From a virus, in the IMG/VR virus record IMGVR_UViG_3300043424_000354, positions 44,632 through 108,631 of that record: a stretch of 64,000 bases of DNA, one strand, 5' to 3'. Of this stretch, positions 9,820-20,494 are shown piece by piece. The notes below the pieces were generated by a model. It was not told the DNA's origin and ran no database searches. It worked only from the letters and a program-made list of their open reading frames with translations. A program made the translations under genes and the position numbers. Every line of letters begins with the position of its first letter. The stretch's first letter is position 1.

Positions 9820-11433
9820 TTAAAATTTTAGAATTGCTCTAATTTTCTCTACTTGATCCTGCTGACGAACGATAAATTCTCTGTTATCAAGATAGATAAT
9901 CTCGCCTGTCTTACCATCAACCTCAGGTTCATCAACACTATTTATTGTCAATCCAGTCAATGATTGCGTAACATTAGTCAATTCGCTTGAAGATGTTATG
10001 ATTGGAATAATTGGAAGAAGGTAAATACTTTCCACAGTTCCATCTTCATCTAAATCAACTTTCTGAACAACAAGAAATCTACCGCCACTATCGGTAGTAA
10101 TTACGTCGTCCAACTCATAACTCTCAGGATCGTCCACATCGATTACATAACAACAAGTTCCGGTTGAATCTTGGAAATTGAGATTACTGTCAAAAATCAA
10201 AGGATTTTTAACAACGCCGATTTGCCTAAAATCATTATTTAAAAATAGATCGGCAGAATCGTTTGTTAGGTTTACAGAGAATCCAAGATTTGTGGCAAAT
10301 AGTTCTTTTTGTGCGTTCGCGCCATGCCCTGCTTTCGGAGACAACACTGCAAGTAATGAAGCGCCAGTTCCTTCTACGCCGTCAACAGTAACTTCGGCAA
10401 AGGTATAACCTGAACCTTGGTTTGTGATTGTTACTGATAGAATCGCACCGTCATCTGGGTCAATGTCAAGAATTGCTTCTGCGCCTGAACCATCACCAAC
10501 GATAGAAACTGATGCATCACCATCAATATAATCGATACCAGAATTGACAATTTCTATGCGGTCAACAGTTCCTGGAGTTGCTGCATTTTCCACATCTTCT
10601 TGCACTGCGCTGGAATCTGGCGCACCAAGATTTACATATGCCTCTGCACCAGAACCGCTTGCGCTGGAGAACGTGATATATGCAAAACTATATCCTTCCC
10701 CAGCAGTTGTTACTGTAACACCAGTAACTTCTCCACCAGAAATAGTAGCGGTAGCAACTGCCCCAGCACCATCACCATTAATGATTACTGTTGGTGCTGT
10801 TAGATAACCAGATCCGCCTTGTGTGACAATAATGTCGTCGATCTGACCGTTTACATCAAATTCAGGATCGCCGGAACCTGCGATCTTTCTGACTGGGATA
10901 TAATCCGTTGTTAGGAACTTGGTTTTATCGGATGCTTCAACCTTGAACATAAACTTCCAGATATATCCATCAGCAGTTTCAATTGCTGATGTAGAAGTTC
11001 CAGAAGGTTTAGTTGTGCTTTCTGCATCATTGTTGTTAGAGATGCATTTATACACATGATCATCGTCAGTAAATACGTAGAACAGCGAGTCTTTCAAAGA
11101 CTGGGCACCACTATATGCAGTATACTGATTTCCATCGGCGTCTAATTCGCCATACTTATCATCGTATTGATCATAAACTGTTCCTGACGCCCAATTGATT
11201 CTTGGGATCATCAAAACAGCATCACTTGACTGAATTCTTTTTACGAACAGCATGTTTCTGTGGGATGTGCTGTCATAACGCACGGAATCTACTGGTGTTT
11301 CAGGAGATTCCTCGTCATCCCACTCGGTTGTTCTGCCCACGCAGAAATAGAAGAAGTCGTTCTCGTTGTAAATATCACGATAGAGACTTCTTGCTATTTC
11401 TGTGCGACCTGCTGATCGAAGAAGAAGTGCCAT
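9820..11433 (-). CDS. gp8: Baseplate wedge subunit gp8-like
   Basis: PRINWASGTVYDQY, VYKCISNN, DGYIWKFMF, NDFRQIGVVKNP, GEIIYLDNR..RQQDQVEKI motifs. Confidence 0.85.
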   Translation of the reverse strand: MALLLRSAGRTEIARSLYRDIYNENDFFYFCVGRTTEWDDEESPETPVDSVRYDSTSHRNMLFVKRIQSSDAVLMIPRINWASGTVYDQYDDKYGELDADGNQYTAYSGAQSLKDSLFYVFTDDDHVYKCISNNNDAESTTKPSGTSTSAIETADGYIWKFMFKVEASDKTKFLTTDYIPVRKIAGSGDPEFDVNGQIDDIIVTQGGSGYLTAPTVIINGDGAGAVATATISGGEVTGVTVTTAGEGYSFAYITFSSASGSGAEAYVNLGAPDSSAVQEDVENAATPGTVDRIEIVNSGIDYIDGDASVSIVGDGSGAEAILDIDPDDGAILSVTITNQGSGYTFAEVTVDGVEGTGASLLAVLSPKAGHGANAQKELFATNLGFSVNLTNDSADLFLNNDFRQIGVVKNPLIFDSNLNFQDSTGTCCYVIDVDDPESYELDDVITTDSGGRFLVVQKVDLDEDGTVESIYLLPIIPIITSSSELTNVTQSLTGLTINSVDEPEVDGKTGEIIYLDNREFIVRQQDQVEKIRAILKF

Positions 11434-11439
11434 GTTATA

Positions 11440-11901
11440 TTACGAGATCGTTACCGTCCAAGTGATTGTCATGCTGTCTGACGCACCCTTGTTAATGACA
11501 GCAAATTCAGTGCGGCAAAGCATTGTGCCAGAAGACGAGGCATTGAAGATACCTGCTTCAGTAACAGCACCAGTGCCTGTTCCTGCGCCAAAAGTAGCAA
11601 CATATTCAATAGCATTGTCTGTTACAGTTGTTGATGTCAGGGAAACACGAGCAAGTTGGTGTTGAAGAGCAGTATCAGATGCCGCTGGGTTTGCTGCGCC
11701 ACCTGCTTGGTCGCCATCACCGACTGCCATGTGTGACATAGCAGTTTCGGTTGTATCCTTCATGCGCGAAGCAATATAAGCAAGACCTGTGTCAACAACC
11801 AAGTTAGGAACAGTTACTTCTTGAGTAACATTTCCTGCTTCGTCGCGAAGGACGATATTTAGAACGCCCTTAGTTCCCTTTACGTTTTCGATTAGTTTCA
11901 T
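11440..11901 (-). CDS. Small structural protein (tail/baseplate-associated)
   Basis: NLVVDTG...SDTAL...TEAGIFNASSSGTMLCR...INK motif pattern; lies between gp7 and gp8. Confidence 0.6.
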   Translation of the reverse strand: MKLIENVKGTKGVLNIVLRDEAGNVTQEVTVPNLVVDTGLAYIASRMKDTTETAMSHMAVGDGDQAGGAANPAASDTALQHQLARVSLTSTTVTDNAIEYVATFGAGTGTGAVTEAGIFNASSSGTMLCRTEFAVINKGASDSMTITWTVTIS

Positions 11902-11917
11902 TTGATTTACCTTCTTC

Positions 11918-14908
11918 TTAGTTAAAATAAGTTACTTGACCAACATAATCCGAACCAAAATCACCATCAACATAGTTTTGAGTATTTACAATACCATCTT
12001 CAGTGACTGTTACTGTTTCGAATAGACCTTTAAGTGTATTTATAAGCGATTGTTCAGTCGTAGCGATAGAATCTATCGTTGCTGCATCATTTGCTATGAT
12101 CAGTAGTTCCGTTGCCCCTGCATTGTCTGTCTTGACAAGATATGGAATAATCCCAGTTGTATCTGTTGAAGTAACAGAATCAGTCAAATATTTATACAGG
12201 TGACTTGTCGCAGAATCTGCTGCATTCAATTCATCTACATTACCTGCTTCTTCGCCTCCAGGTTTTACCAATCCAACGGATGTATATTCGTGTGTTATTA
12301 CGGACTCTGCAAACGTTCTATAATATTCAACTGATCTACCAAAACTTTCGGTCGCAGTAGCAGTATCCGTTACGCCATTTTTAGCGAATGTCACTGCATT
12401 CGTTTCACTTGTATTTGCTACTTCCGCCAGAACTTTAGTGAAGTCATAATTTGCGATATCGGCAGAAACATAATTTTCATCGAAGAAATCATCAGCATAT
12501 GGGGATTGTAGATAGATTGTTTCTTCTAGAACCTTACCAAAATCAGTAATTGCATTTTCAGCAGTGATTGTATTTTCGCTGACTTCTCTTACATATTGAA
12601 CGACTCTCTCAAACACATCAGTTGATATTGTAGTATCATCTTCGTTTTCGTAGATACCAATATCAAAGTCAAAGGCAGTAGTTTCGCTTGTTGTTACTGA
12701 ATCCGCCAGAACTTTGTAAACATGACTTCCATGCGCTTCGGAAGCAGTTGCAGTATCCGAAAGAACCTTGATGAAATCAACAGCATAGTAGAAAGTATCA
12801 GCAGAGAGTTCTTCGAGAACAAACTCATAGATATGCAGACGTTCGATTGGTGTTGTAATGTAATCGCTAATCTCAACAACTTGCTCAATGACAAGTTCGC
12901 CGAAGATCGCAGTACCTGCAGGGTGCGTAGTGTTCTTTACAATGTCAATCCATTTATTGGACGGAACGTTTGAGCGAACAACATACGAGTAATTTTGATA
13001 GTAATAGTTGTCTTGTAGTTTGTTGACGTTTGACAACATACCACGAGAATCTTTAAATCTGCCAGTCTTGACGTTAATCGCGCCTGTTGTGAATGATATT
13101 GTTGCAGTACAACCTAATGTGGATGTGATAGTTGCAGTAAACGATTCGCGTTCGAAATCAAAACCCGTATCAAAAATACTAACTGCCGTAGGGCAACCAT
13201 CCTCGTCTACAGCATCAATTCTAATTGACGCCCTGTTGTCTCTACCAACCAGCGTATATGGGTTTAATCCTATGTCGCTTTCGTTGTATTTGTTTAAGAA
13301 ATACCCGAGTAGATTATTATCATATTGAATGGTGTATGAACCGACAGAACCTGTTTCGTCGATCGAGAAAATATCACCAACATTAAATCCGCATGGTGGT
13401 GTTCCATCACAACTTACTACTTCTGCAGTTGAAAGTTGACGAACAACATATCCGTATGTCGTAGTTGTTCCAGCGTCAGTATCTAAAATTTCAACTGTTG
13501 TTCTGACGGCATCAGTTGAGAAAGATACAGCAGGAGCAGAAGTATATCCGGAACCGCCATCTACAATAACTACGTGCGAAAGAGTTCCGTCATCAGAAAG
13601 GACTGCTCTTGCGGTGGCACCAGTTCCATCAACAGAAGTAAACTCAACAGTAGGAGCAGCATAATAACCGTTACCTGCATCGGTGAGTGGTTCATACAGA
13701 CGCTGCGTTCCAGAACCTACGATAGTTAGATCGACTGCAGTTCCTGCTGACGCATTTGTTGCACTGGTTGCTAATTTTATTGTATTTGAATTTACTACAA
13801 TCGCGTAATAGACATTATAGTTTGTCAGACCAGTAACAATAGTTCCGCCGTTTTTGTCATAAATGACAACGTCACCAGTCGTATAACCATGAGATGAAAT
13901 GGTTATTGTATTGTTTGTCAGGTTTACTGCAGAAGAACCATTGAATGTTTTATAGTTGTCGCCGACTATCGCCACAACTTCCTCGGACGCAGATACTAAA
14001 GCATTACCCACTGCACCAGCGCCTGGAACTAGGATTTCTGCAGTCTTTGATAGACTTGTTACCAATTCATAAACTGCGGGGAAGATATATGCAAACTTGG
14101 TAACATTGGTAACATTGGTTTCTACAATTCTTTGATATAGAACCGAACCAACGTTTTCAAAATATTTTATTCTTACAGTTTTACCTTTTAGGTCAAACGG
14201 ATTAGCAGTAATTCCGCTATCGACTGCAAGTTTTAATGTAACATCTTCAATCCAGATACCATCAGAAGCGCGAAGGATTTGTTCCGACGGATAGAAAATT
14301 TCAGTACTCTCATTGTAAAGAATTCTGAACAGTAATTCTATTGCCTTCTCGGATCCCTTCGCCTCATAAAATTGCTTGATGAATTTGATCAGACGACGAT
14401 CGTCGAGTTGTGCTGTTAACGGGAAATTCTGCGCATATTGATTCTTAAACTTGGGAACAAATGTATCCAAAGTTCTATTGATATCAAAATTCTTCTCATA
14501 GTTTAAGAGGAAATTATTTACTTCATTTTCCTGATCAAGGAACTCGTAGTATTTTTCCAAGAACGTAACAAAAACTGGATATTCATTACGAACGAAATCA
14601 GGAAGTTGGTTTGCAATAAGATGACTTAGTGATTGTTTGAAACCATTATACTCGTCATCAACATATACCATATTTGCAGTTGCTGCTGCGCCAGTTCCGC
14701 TTCCGCCACTAAAGGTGATTGTTGGTGGTGTAAGATAATCAAAACCAGAAAACGTCACAGTAATCGCAGTAACTTTACCACCGGAAACTGTTGCAGTAGC
14801 AGTTGCATTACCACCAACAGTAACCGTAGGCGCAGAAATATATCCTGAACCACCATCAGTTACTGTTATACTTGCAACCTTTTTATAATATGATGTGGTT
14901 TGTGTCAT
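11918..14908 (-). CDS. gp7: Baseplate wedge initiator gp7-like
   Basis: [61 protein letters not shown] motifs; downstream of gp6. Confidence 0.85.
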   Translation of the reverse strand: MTQTTSYYKKVASITVTDGGSGYISAPTVTVGGNATATATVSGGKVTAITVTFSGFDYLTPPTITFSGGSGTGAAATANMVYVDDEYNGFKQSLSHLIANQLPDFVRNEYPVFVTFLEKYYEFLDQENEVNNFLLNYEKNFDINRTLDTFVPKFKNQYAQNFPLTAQLDDRRLIKFIKQFYEAKGSEKAIELLFRILYNESTEIFYPSEQILRASDGIWIEDVTLKLAVDSGITANPFDLKGKTVRIKYFENVGSVLYQRIVETNVTNVTKFAYIFPAVYELVTSLSKTAEILVPGAGAVGNALVSASEEVVAIVGDNYKTFNGSSAVNLTNNTITISSHGYTTGDVVIYDKNGGTIVTGLTNYNVYYAIVVNSNTIKLATSATNASAGTAVDLTIVGSGTQRLYEPLTDAGNGYYAAPTVEFTSVDGTGATARAVLSDDGTLSHVVIVDGGSGYTSAPAVSFSTDAVRTTVEILDTDAGTTTTYGYVVRQLSTAEVVSCDGTPPCGFNVGDIFSIDETGSVGSYTIQYDNNLLGYFLNKYNESDIGLNPYTLVGRDNRASIRIDAVDEDGCPTAVSIFDTGFDFERESFTATITSTLGCTATISFTTGAINVKTGRFKDSRGMLSNVNKLQDNYYYQNYSYVVRSNVPSNKWIDIVKNTTHPAGTAIFGELVIEQVVEISDYITTPIERLHIYEFVLEELSADTFYYAVDFIKVLSDTATASEAHGSHVYKVLADSVTTSETTAFDFDIGIYENEDDTTISTDVFERVVQYVREVSENTITAENAITDFGKVLEETIYLQSPYADDFFDENYVSADIANYDFTKVLAEVANTSETNAVTFAKNGVTDTATATESFGRSVEYYRTFAESVITHEYTSVGLVKPGGEEAGNVDELNAADSATSHLYKYLTDSVTSTDTTGIIPYLVKTDNAGATELLIIANDAATIDSIATTEQSLINTLKGLFETVTVTEDGIVNTQNYVDGDFGSDYVGQVTYFN

Positions 14909-14911
14909 CTC

Positions 14912-16804
14912 TTATTCTTGCGAGTTAGCAACCGCCGTAATGGTCAGTCCTGCTGTTACATTTGATACTGAATTTGCTGCGCTTGTATCTAACGTCAAAA
15001 CAGTATTTCTAGCAGCATATGGGAAGACTGCGGAGGTTGAAGATTCTGTGGTTGATGTTAGATCGCTGGTCAAAATATTTGGAGCATCCCCAAACGGTTT
15101 GACGTAAACTCGAAGTTCTGTTTCATCCCCGAGTAGAGAGTCAATAGTTATATTTGAAATTGATACTACTCCAGTATCATAATTAACAGAACCAACGTTT
15201 GATGAAATAATGGTATCATCTGCTGATTTCTTTAACACAAGAGTTCCAATATCACCAACAGTAGACGGATGCCCGTCAGTAATGTATACTTCATACTGCT
15301 GTCCAGAAATCGTCGTATTAAAAAGTGTAGTTCTAACTGATTCTGGTTGCAACTTACTGTTAAATCTTACGTCGTATTGATCGGACACACCCAAGAAAAT
15401 CGGAATTCTTTTGTGCATCTCAATTTGAACGCTGGCAGAGAAGATAGACTTCGTAGTGCCTACGATTGCAGAAAGCAGTTTAGAATAATAGAAGTTCTTC
15501 TGTAACTTGTTTAGATTATTTGTAAAGAAGTTTTGAACGACTGTTCTAATTTCCGTTTCAATTCTCGAGGAAGTGAATGTTGTTTGCGTTTTATTGAAGT
15601 TGGCAGTAACGCCCAGACTAATATAGGTTTCGATCGGATCAACAAACTCAGGTTGAATCGATACCATACTTCTTGGGCGAATGATGTCTCTAGAAATAAT
15701 ATCTTTATCTGCCTGCGTAATAATAGATCCAGGTTGCGGTTGGATTGCAATGAACACCTTACCGTAAATCGGAGGAACATTTTCTTCCCCACCCCAAACG
15801 GAGATAGAGTTGATATTACTAAATCTTGAGGTGATCAACGTCTCATAGTCTGTCACAGTAACTGCTCTGTTCTTAGTAGCATTGAACTTGGGAGCATTAT
15901 ATCTGATGCTGTCAATGCTTTCTTGTTCTGAACCGCCTGTTGCTGCTTCGTTCAGATAGATAATTTTAGATTCACCAGAACCAGTGAAAGTGGTTGAGAC
16001 TGCAAAATTTGGAATAGAATTTGCTGCAGCGCCGCTACTTACAATATAGTCAACAATTACAATATTTCCCGTTACCAACTTTTTGCCAAGGATGTCATCA
16101 CCGAATCTAATTTCATAAAGACCAGATGGACCTTCTTCAACAAAGAATCCCTTTGTTGTAGGATCTACGCTCATAATGTCTTCGTAGTAATTCCATGTTG
16201 TAGTGGTAACAACAGTAGAAGATTCTTGGACTCTTACTCTAATTGTTGAAATATCAATATTCTTATTCGGCAAAACGAATGGACCAGATAGATTTGATAA
16301 ATCAGCAACAAAAGTATTTGTTACGCGCTTACCTTCGATCAATTCTACGTCAAAACTAAAACCAGTATTACTTGTTTCCAATGTAACAAGACCAGAATAA
16401 TAGTCCTGCTTTGGATAAAAAGTATAAGTGTTCTTTACTGTTTTGGCAGTAAAAGGAGTATCTCGCGTCAATGTTAAACTTGTTCCAGTATAACCTGATG
16501 GTGGATCAATTTGTAGAGTAATGTTTGCTCGAGCAGATCTTCTTGATGCACCTGTGTAACCAAGAGTTTTAGCGATTGATGCGACCGAGTTTCTCTTTAC
16601 CGCGCTATCAATAAACATTTCATTTGCTTGAAGATGTGCAAGAGTGGCATTATAGTGAGTGTTGTATGCCAGAATATCAAGCAACATAGAAAGAGCAGAA
16701 CCGTCGAAGTTATAATCTTGAAATTCTTCCTGCGATTGCAAGAAAGTTTTTAGATTTTGTTTGATCGCATCGAAATCTAGTTCCGCTACATTTAGTTGTG
16801 TCAT
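14912..16804 (-). CDS. gp6: Baseplate wedge subunit gp6
   Basis: ELDFDAIKQNLK, DYNFDGS.LS.LLDILAYNTHY, NRAVT..DY, WGGEE..PP.YGKVFI. Confidence 0.93.
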   Translation of the reverse strand: MTQLNVAELDFDAIKQNLKTFLQSQEEFQDYNFDGSALSMLLDILAYNTHYNATLAHLQANEMFIDSAVKRNSVASIAKTLGYTGASRRSARANITLQIDPPSGYTGTSLTLTRDTPFTAKTVKNTYTFYPKQDYYSGLVTLETSNTGFSFDVELIEGKRVTNTFVADLSNLSGPFVLPNKNIDISTIRVRVQESSTVVTTTTWNYYEDIMSVDPTTKGFFVEEGPSGLYEIRFGDDILGKKLVTGNIVIVDYIVSSGAAANSIPNFAVSTTFTGSGESKIIYLNEAATGGSEQESIDSIRYNAPKFNATKNRAVTVTDYETLITSRFSNINSISVWGGEENVPPIYGKVFIAIQPQPGSIITQADKDIISRDIIRPRSMVSIQPEFVDPIETYISLGVTANFNKTQTTFTSSRIETEIRTVVQNFFTNNLNKLQKNFYYSKLLSAIVGTTKSIFSASVQIEMHKRIPIFLGVSDQYDVRFNSKLQPESVRTTLFNTTISGQQYEVYITDGHPSTVGDIGTLVLKKSADDTIISSNVGSVNYDTGVVSISNITIDSLLGDETELRVYVKPFGDAPNILTSDLTSTTESSTSAVFPYAARNTVLTLDTSAANSVSNVTAGLTITAVANSQE

Positions 16805-16805
16805 C

Positions 16806-17204
16806 TTATCTACTTCTTCTTAGAATTGTTGAAAATGTTACAGGATCATTAACACCTATCACATAAAAATAAATTGTTACTTTAAATGCGTTGTCGTCAA
16901 ATAGCGGAACTACATCAACTTGCTGCGATCTTACTCTTGGTTCATATTTGTTGATCAAAAGTTCTAGGCGCAATTTTAATGAGTTTGCTGTGATCATGTC
17001 AATATTTTCAAACATCATTCCATACACAGGAGAACCGAGTTTCGGTTGGAATGGGCGCTCATAATAATTAGTTAAAATTAAAGTCTTGAGTGCTTGCTTT
17101 ACGGCATTAACATCATACTTCCTCGCGACGTCACCCGTAATTGGATGCGCCGCGAAGGACAGATCTAGATCTGAGTATATTCTGTTTACTTGCTTCGTGC
17201 TCAT
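16806..17204 (-). CDS. gp25: Baseplate wedge subunit gp25
   Basis: YSDLDLSF..HP.TGD, NAVKQALK.LILTNYYERPFQP.LGS, YEPRV. Confidence 0.92.
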   Translation of the reverse strand: MSTKQVNRIYSDLDLSFAAHPITGDVARKYDVNAVKQALKTLILTNYYERPFQPKLGSPVYGMMFENIDMITANSLKLRLELLINKYEPRVRSQQVDVVPLFDDNAFKVTIYFYVIGVNDPVTFSTILRRSR

Positions 17205-17209
17205 ATGCT

Positions 17210-17217
17210 TATTTATA
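17210..17217 (-). promoter_or_regulatory. T4-type late promoter for the gp25-gp6-gp7-gp8 operon
   Basis: TATAAATA 5 nt before the gp25 ATG. Confidence 0.82.
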
Positions 17218-17219
17218 TG

Positions 17220-20200
17220 TTACCACGGGATAAACCTACCTTTACTTAAGAATATTGTTTGACTTCCGCTTTGACGGCAAGTTCCGTTTGCGCTACCGCT
17301 TCTCTTTTGCCCGTTCCATAGAACATATCCAATATGCAACCATGCAGTAGATCCGTTCGCAGTCTCTAGCAGAATTTGGTCGCAGCGTGGTAGAGATGTT
17401 GCTACGAAGTTTGCGATCTCAACCATCTTTTGTTTGTTTGAAGCATACTGCGGCCACTGCAAGTCAACTGCAGCATATCTGTGCGCCGACATGGTGTCGT
17501 GCCTAAATCCAGAGTTAATTCTGAACCCAGGATACTTTTCGCGCAGAGGTTCGAGAATGTTAAGAGCAAGGCATCTATAGTTCTGGATAATTTCCCACTT
17601 ATTATTTTTGCCCTTTGGATAGGCAATGAACTGCGATAGACTTCTAGTTGGGAAGAAGTCTTTCAATCTGTAATTATCTGACAGAACAATATCACCGTTA
17701 ATCTTGTTTCCGCCAAGTGCTGGCAGTGGTTGTTTAGTCTTGTAGTATTTGTCGCACCCAGCAATAGCAGGAGGGACTGTGCCGAAGTCGCCGACTTGTT
17801 CCCCACCAGTGCCCGAACCTGAATCTGGTCCAAGTGGATTGGATGGATCATTTGGACTTACGCAATCCGCGGAACCACTATCTGGCGAATCTGGAACGTC
17901 GTTATCAGTAGTATCCGACGATCCTTGGTTACCACCACCTACACCACCAGCAGACCCACCAACATATTGCGACTTGCCTGCGACGGACTTACTGACTGGT
18001 TTTTCGACAGTCTTGGTATTTGACAACGGAGCAGCAACAGCACAAACTGCCTCTGCTGCTGCAACAGGAGCAGTAACAGTTGCGGTTGTATTACCCTTGA
18101 TGTTAGTGGTATCATCAGGCGAGTTATGAGTTCCCTTGAGGTTTGTTGTTCCTGCATTCAGGGTTGTGATATTTGCAGTTGTAACATCAATTGTGGCGGT
18201 GTCAATCGGCGAAGAAGTAACAAGAGGTGCCTTGAGACTGATATTACCAACACCCTCAACATTTACTCCTGCGCCCGATTTAATTTCAGTCGCTGCGCCA
18301 GACTTAGACTTAATACTTGCATCAGTACAGGTGTTCATATCGCCCGTCGAGTGATTGTAGTATGCACCAGCAGATTTAATGTGGGTATCTGTCTTCGAAG
18401 TGAGGTTAAGTCCTCCATCTGTTGTCAAATTAAATTTACCAGCAGCGTCTGTAGTAAAGTTACCCTTCGCGTCGATGTCAATGTCACCAACATTCTCGAG
18501 TGACATCAATCCGCCATTTCTTGCGTAGATACCTTCACCAACAGACAGCGATAAACGGCCGCCGATATTGACATCAATGTCATTGTGAATATCCATCGAA
18601 ACTCGACCATGCATAGTCAAGTTTGTATCGCTCATAATAATAACATTGCAATTACCTGCAACGTGAACGTTAGCAACACCCTCGATTAAGATATATCCGT
18701 CCTTGTCCAGAATGGTGTAACCATCACCAACAATCTTAGTGACCTTAGTTCCGTCTGGTCCAATCTCATCAAATGTCCCTGAACGGTGAGCAAAGTTTAA
18801 TCGTTCTGAACCAGGAGTGTCATCGATTTCAATAGCGTGTCCTGCCTCAGATCCAAACACCTTATTATATGGATACTGTGCGTTATAAGGTGATTCTGGT
18901 TGCGCCCAAGTTGCACCATTTCTACCAGCAGTTGGAACTTCGCGTTTTCTATTTGCGTTTCTTGCTGCAGGAGATGCACCTGCGCTAAGAGTTTCTCTGT
19001 TACCAGCAGAAGTTTTTGGACTCGCACCAACTTGTGGCGAGTTTACCCCTGTTGCCAGTGGGTTGGTATCAGGTTTATTTACAGAAGATCTTAACGGATA
19101 TACTTTATTAGGATCCTTGAATCCTTTTGAATCATCTTGCATTGATGCTGGAACTACGTCAGCATTTGATGGTTGATTATTTGCTCTAAAGGTTTCAGTA
19201 GAGTTTTCTTTGTTTACTTCTTCTTCAGATGCAGCATTCTTAACCTGCGTCGATGGGGGATCGGTAACATCAGTTTCTGCTGGTTTCGTTTCTAGAACAA
19301 CCTTTTCTTGAGTCTTTTCTTTAGTTCTCGTAGTTCCATCTGCGCTGACAGTTTCAACTGTTGTGGTTTTAGTTCCGTCAGGATTCACAGCAACAGTAGT
19401 TGTTATGCTGTTACCATCAGTATCATAAATCGTTGTGGCAACGGGATCGACAATATTAAGTTGTTTTTTAATTGGCGCAATGTCAGTTTCAAATGAAGAA
19501 ACAATTTGTTGTTTTGCAGACTGCAGTATTTGATATTTTTCTTGCGGTCCAATAATTTTCGCTGCTTGAATTGCTTTGTCTAATTGCGCCGATAAACTGT
19601 CAATAGAAACTGGCATAGAAACAGCAATTTCTATACCAGCATACAGAATCCTACCAGAAATATTTGTTCCAACTGCCTTATATTCTATGGTAAGTTTGTC
19701 GATTGTATTCTCAACCAACGTAGCACCACCTTCTACTGGTGCTACCTCAGGGACATCTGGTTTTGCTGTGCTTACCTCTAGAGGTGTTTCTGCAATAGAA
19801 TTCCAACCAATATCATACCAATACTTGGAAGTAATACCATTGGTATCTTTCTTGATAATTCCCTTAGAATATGCTGCTGCAGTATCATAATTTACGCACA
19901 GCGATACAGAAAGCAATCCAGTAATTACATTAGGATCAGTGCTGTCAGAAATAATTCTGGCAGTATAAAGAAGATTGTAAATAAACTTCAAATAACTATA
20001 AGCAATTTGATCCTGATAATATCCCGAAAGCAGAATATCTGCGCCAGTAGTAATTTGATTGTTTATTGAAACTCCTTCGAGTTTATTTGTTATGAAGTAA
20101 TACTGAGCATTATTTTTCGCTTCAATTTTTGCTTCGGCAAAATCAATCAGAGGATTCTGTTCTTTGGCATACTCGAAATATGATTTTCTGTTTTCGAGTT

Positions 20201-20483
20201 TTTCCGGACCCTCTGGATGATCAACTAATATCTTGTTGATGTATTCTCGTGCGCTACTTCCCAACCAACTAGCGTCGATTAACTGGTTGATGGTGAAACG
20301 ATAGGCACCATATTCACCTTTGTCGTGAACCTTTGAGAATACGTCCTGTGTGCCAGCAACAGGATATTGTTTGGTAATTGCATCTTGACATGCCTTCAAC
20401 AGCGAAGTAATGTTATCTGCTGTTAGTGGACCGATACCTTCTTCAAATGGACCTGAATTTGTTTCATAAGTTATATTTGCCAT
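17220..20483 (-). CDS. gp5: gp5 C-terminal half: degenerate lysozyme-like N-domain, beta-helix spike and C-terminal peptidase M15-type domain
   Basis: PESPYNAQYPYNKV..SEAGH.IEIDDTPGSERL..AHRSGTF.EI is the gp5 junction motif, followed by VxG-type octapeptide repeats; INSGFR..SAH...AVDL...WLHIGY at the C-terminus. Confidence 0.8.
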   Translation of the reverse strand: MANITYETNSGPFEEGIGPLTADNITSLLKACQDAITKQYPVAGTQDVFSKVHDKGEYGAYRFTINQLIDASWLGSSAREYINKILVDHPEGPEKLENRKSYFEYAKEQNPLIDFAEAKIEAKNNAQYYFITNKLEGVSINNQITTGADILLSGYYQDQIAYSYLKFIYNLLYTARIISDSTDPNVITGLLSVSLCVNYDTAAAYSKGIIKKDTNGITSKYWYDIGWNSIAETPLEVSTAKPDVPEVAPVEGGATLVENTIDKLTIEYKAVGTNISGRILYAGIEIAVSMPVSIDSLSAQLDKAIQAAKIIGPQEKYQILQSAKQQIVSSFETDIAPIKKQLNIVDPVATTIYDTDGNSITTTVAVNPDGTKTTTVETVSADGTTRTKEKTQEKVVLETKPAETDVTDPPSTQVKNAASEEEVNKENSTETFRANNQPSNADVVPASMQDDSKGFKDPNKVYPLRSSVNKPDTNPLATGVNSPQVGASPKTSAGNRETLSAGASPAARNANRKREVPTAGRNGATWAQPESPYNAQYPYNKVFGSEAGHAIEIDDTPGSERLNFAHRSGTFDEIGPDGTKVTKIVGDGYTILDKDGYILIEGVANVHVAGNCNVIIMSDTNLTMHGRVSMDIHNDIDVNIGGRLSLSVGEGIYARNGGLMSLENVGDIDIDAKGNFTTDAAGKFNLTTDGGLNLTSKTDTHIKSAGAYYNHSTGDMNTCTDASIKSKSGAATEIKSGAGVNVEGVGNISLKAPLVTSSPIDTATIDVTTANITTLNAGTTNLKGTHNSPDDTTNIKGNTTATVTAPVAAAEAVCAVAAPLSNTKTVEKPVSKSVAGKSQYVGGSAGGVGGGNQGSSDTTDNDVPDSPDSGSADCVSPNDPSNPLGPDSGSGTGGEQVGDFGTVPPAIAGCDKYYKTKQPLPALGGNKINGDIVLSDNYRLKDFFPTRSLSQFIAYPKGKNNKWEIIQNYRCLALNILEPLREKYPGFRINSGFRHDTMSAHRYAAVDLQWPQYASNKQKMVEIANFVATSLPRCDQILLETANGSTAWLHIGYVLWNGQKRSGSANGTCRQSGSQTIFLSKGRFIPW

Positions 20484-20494
20484 GTTAGATCCTC

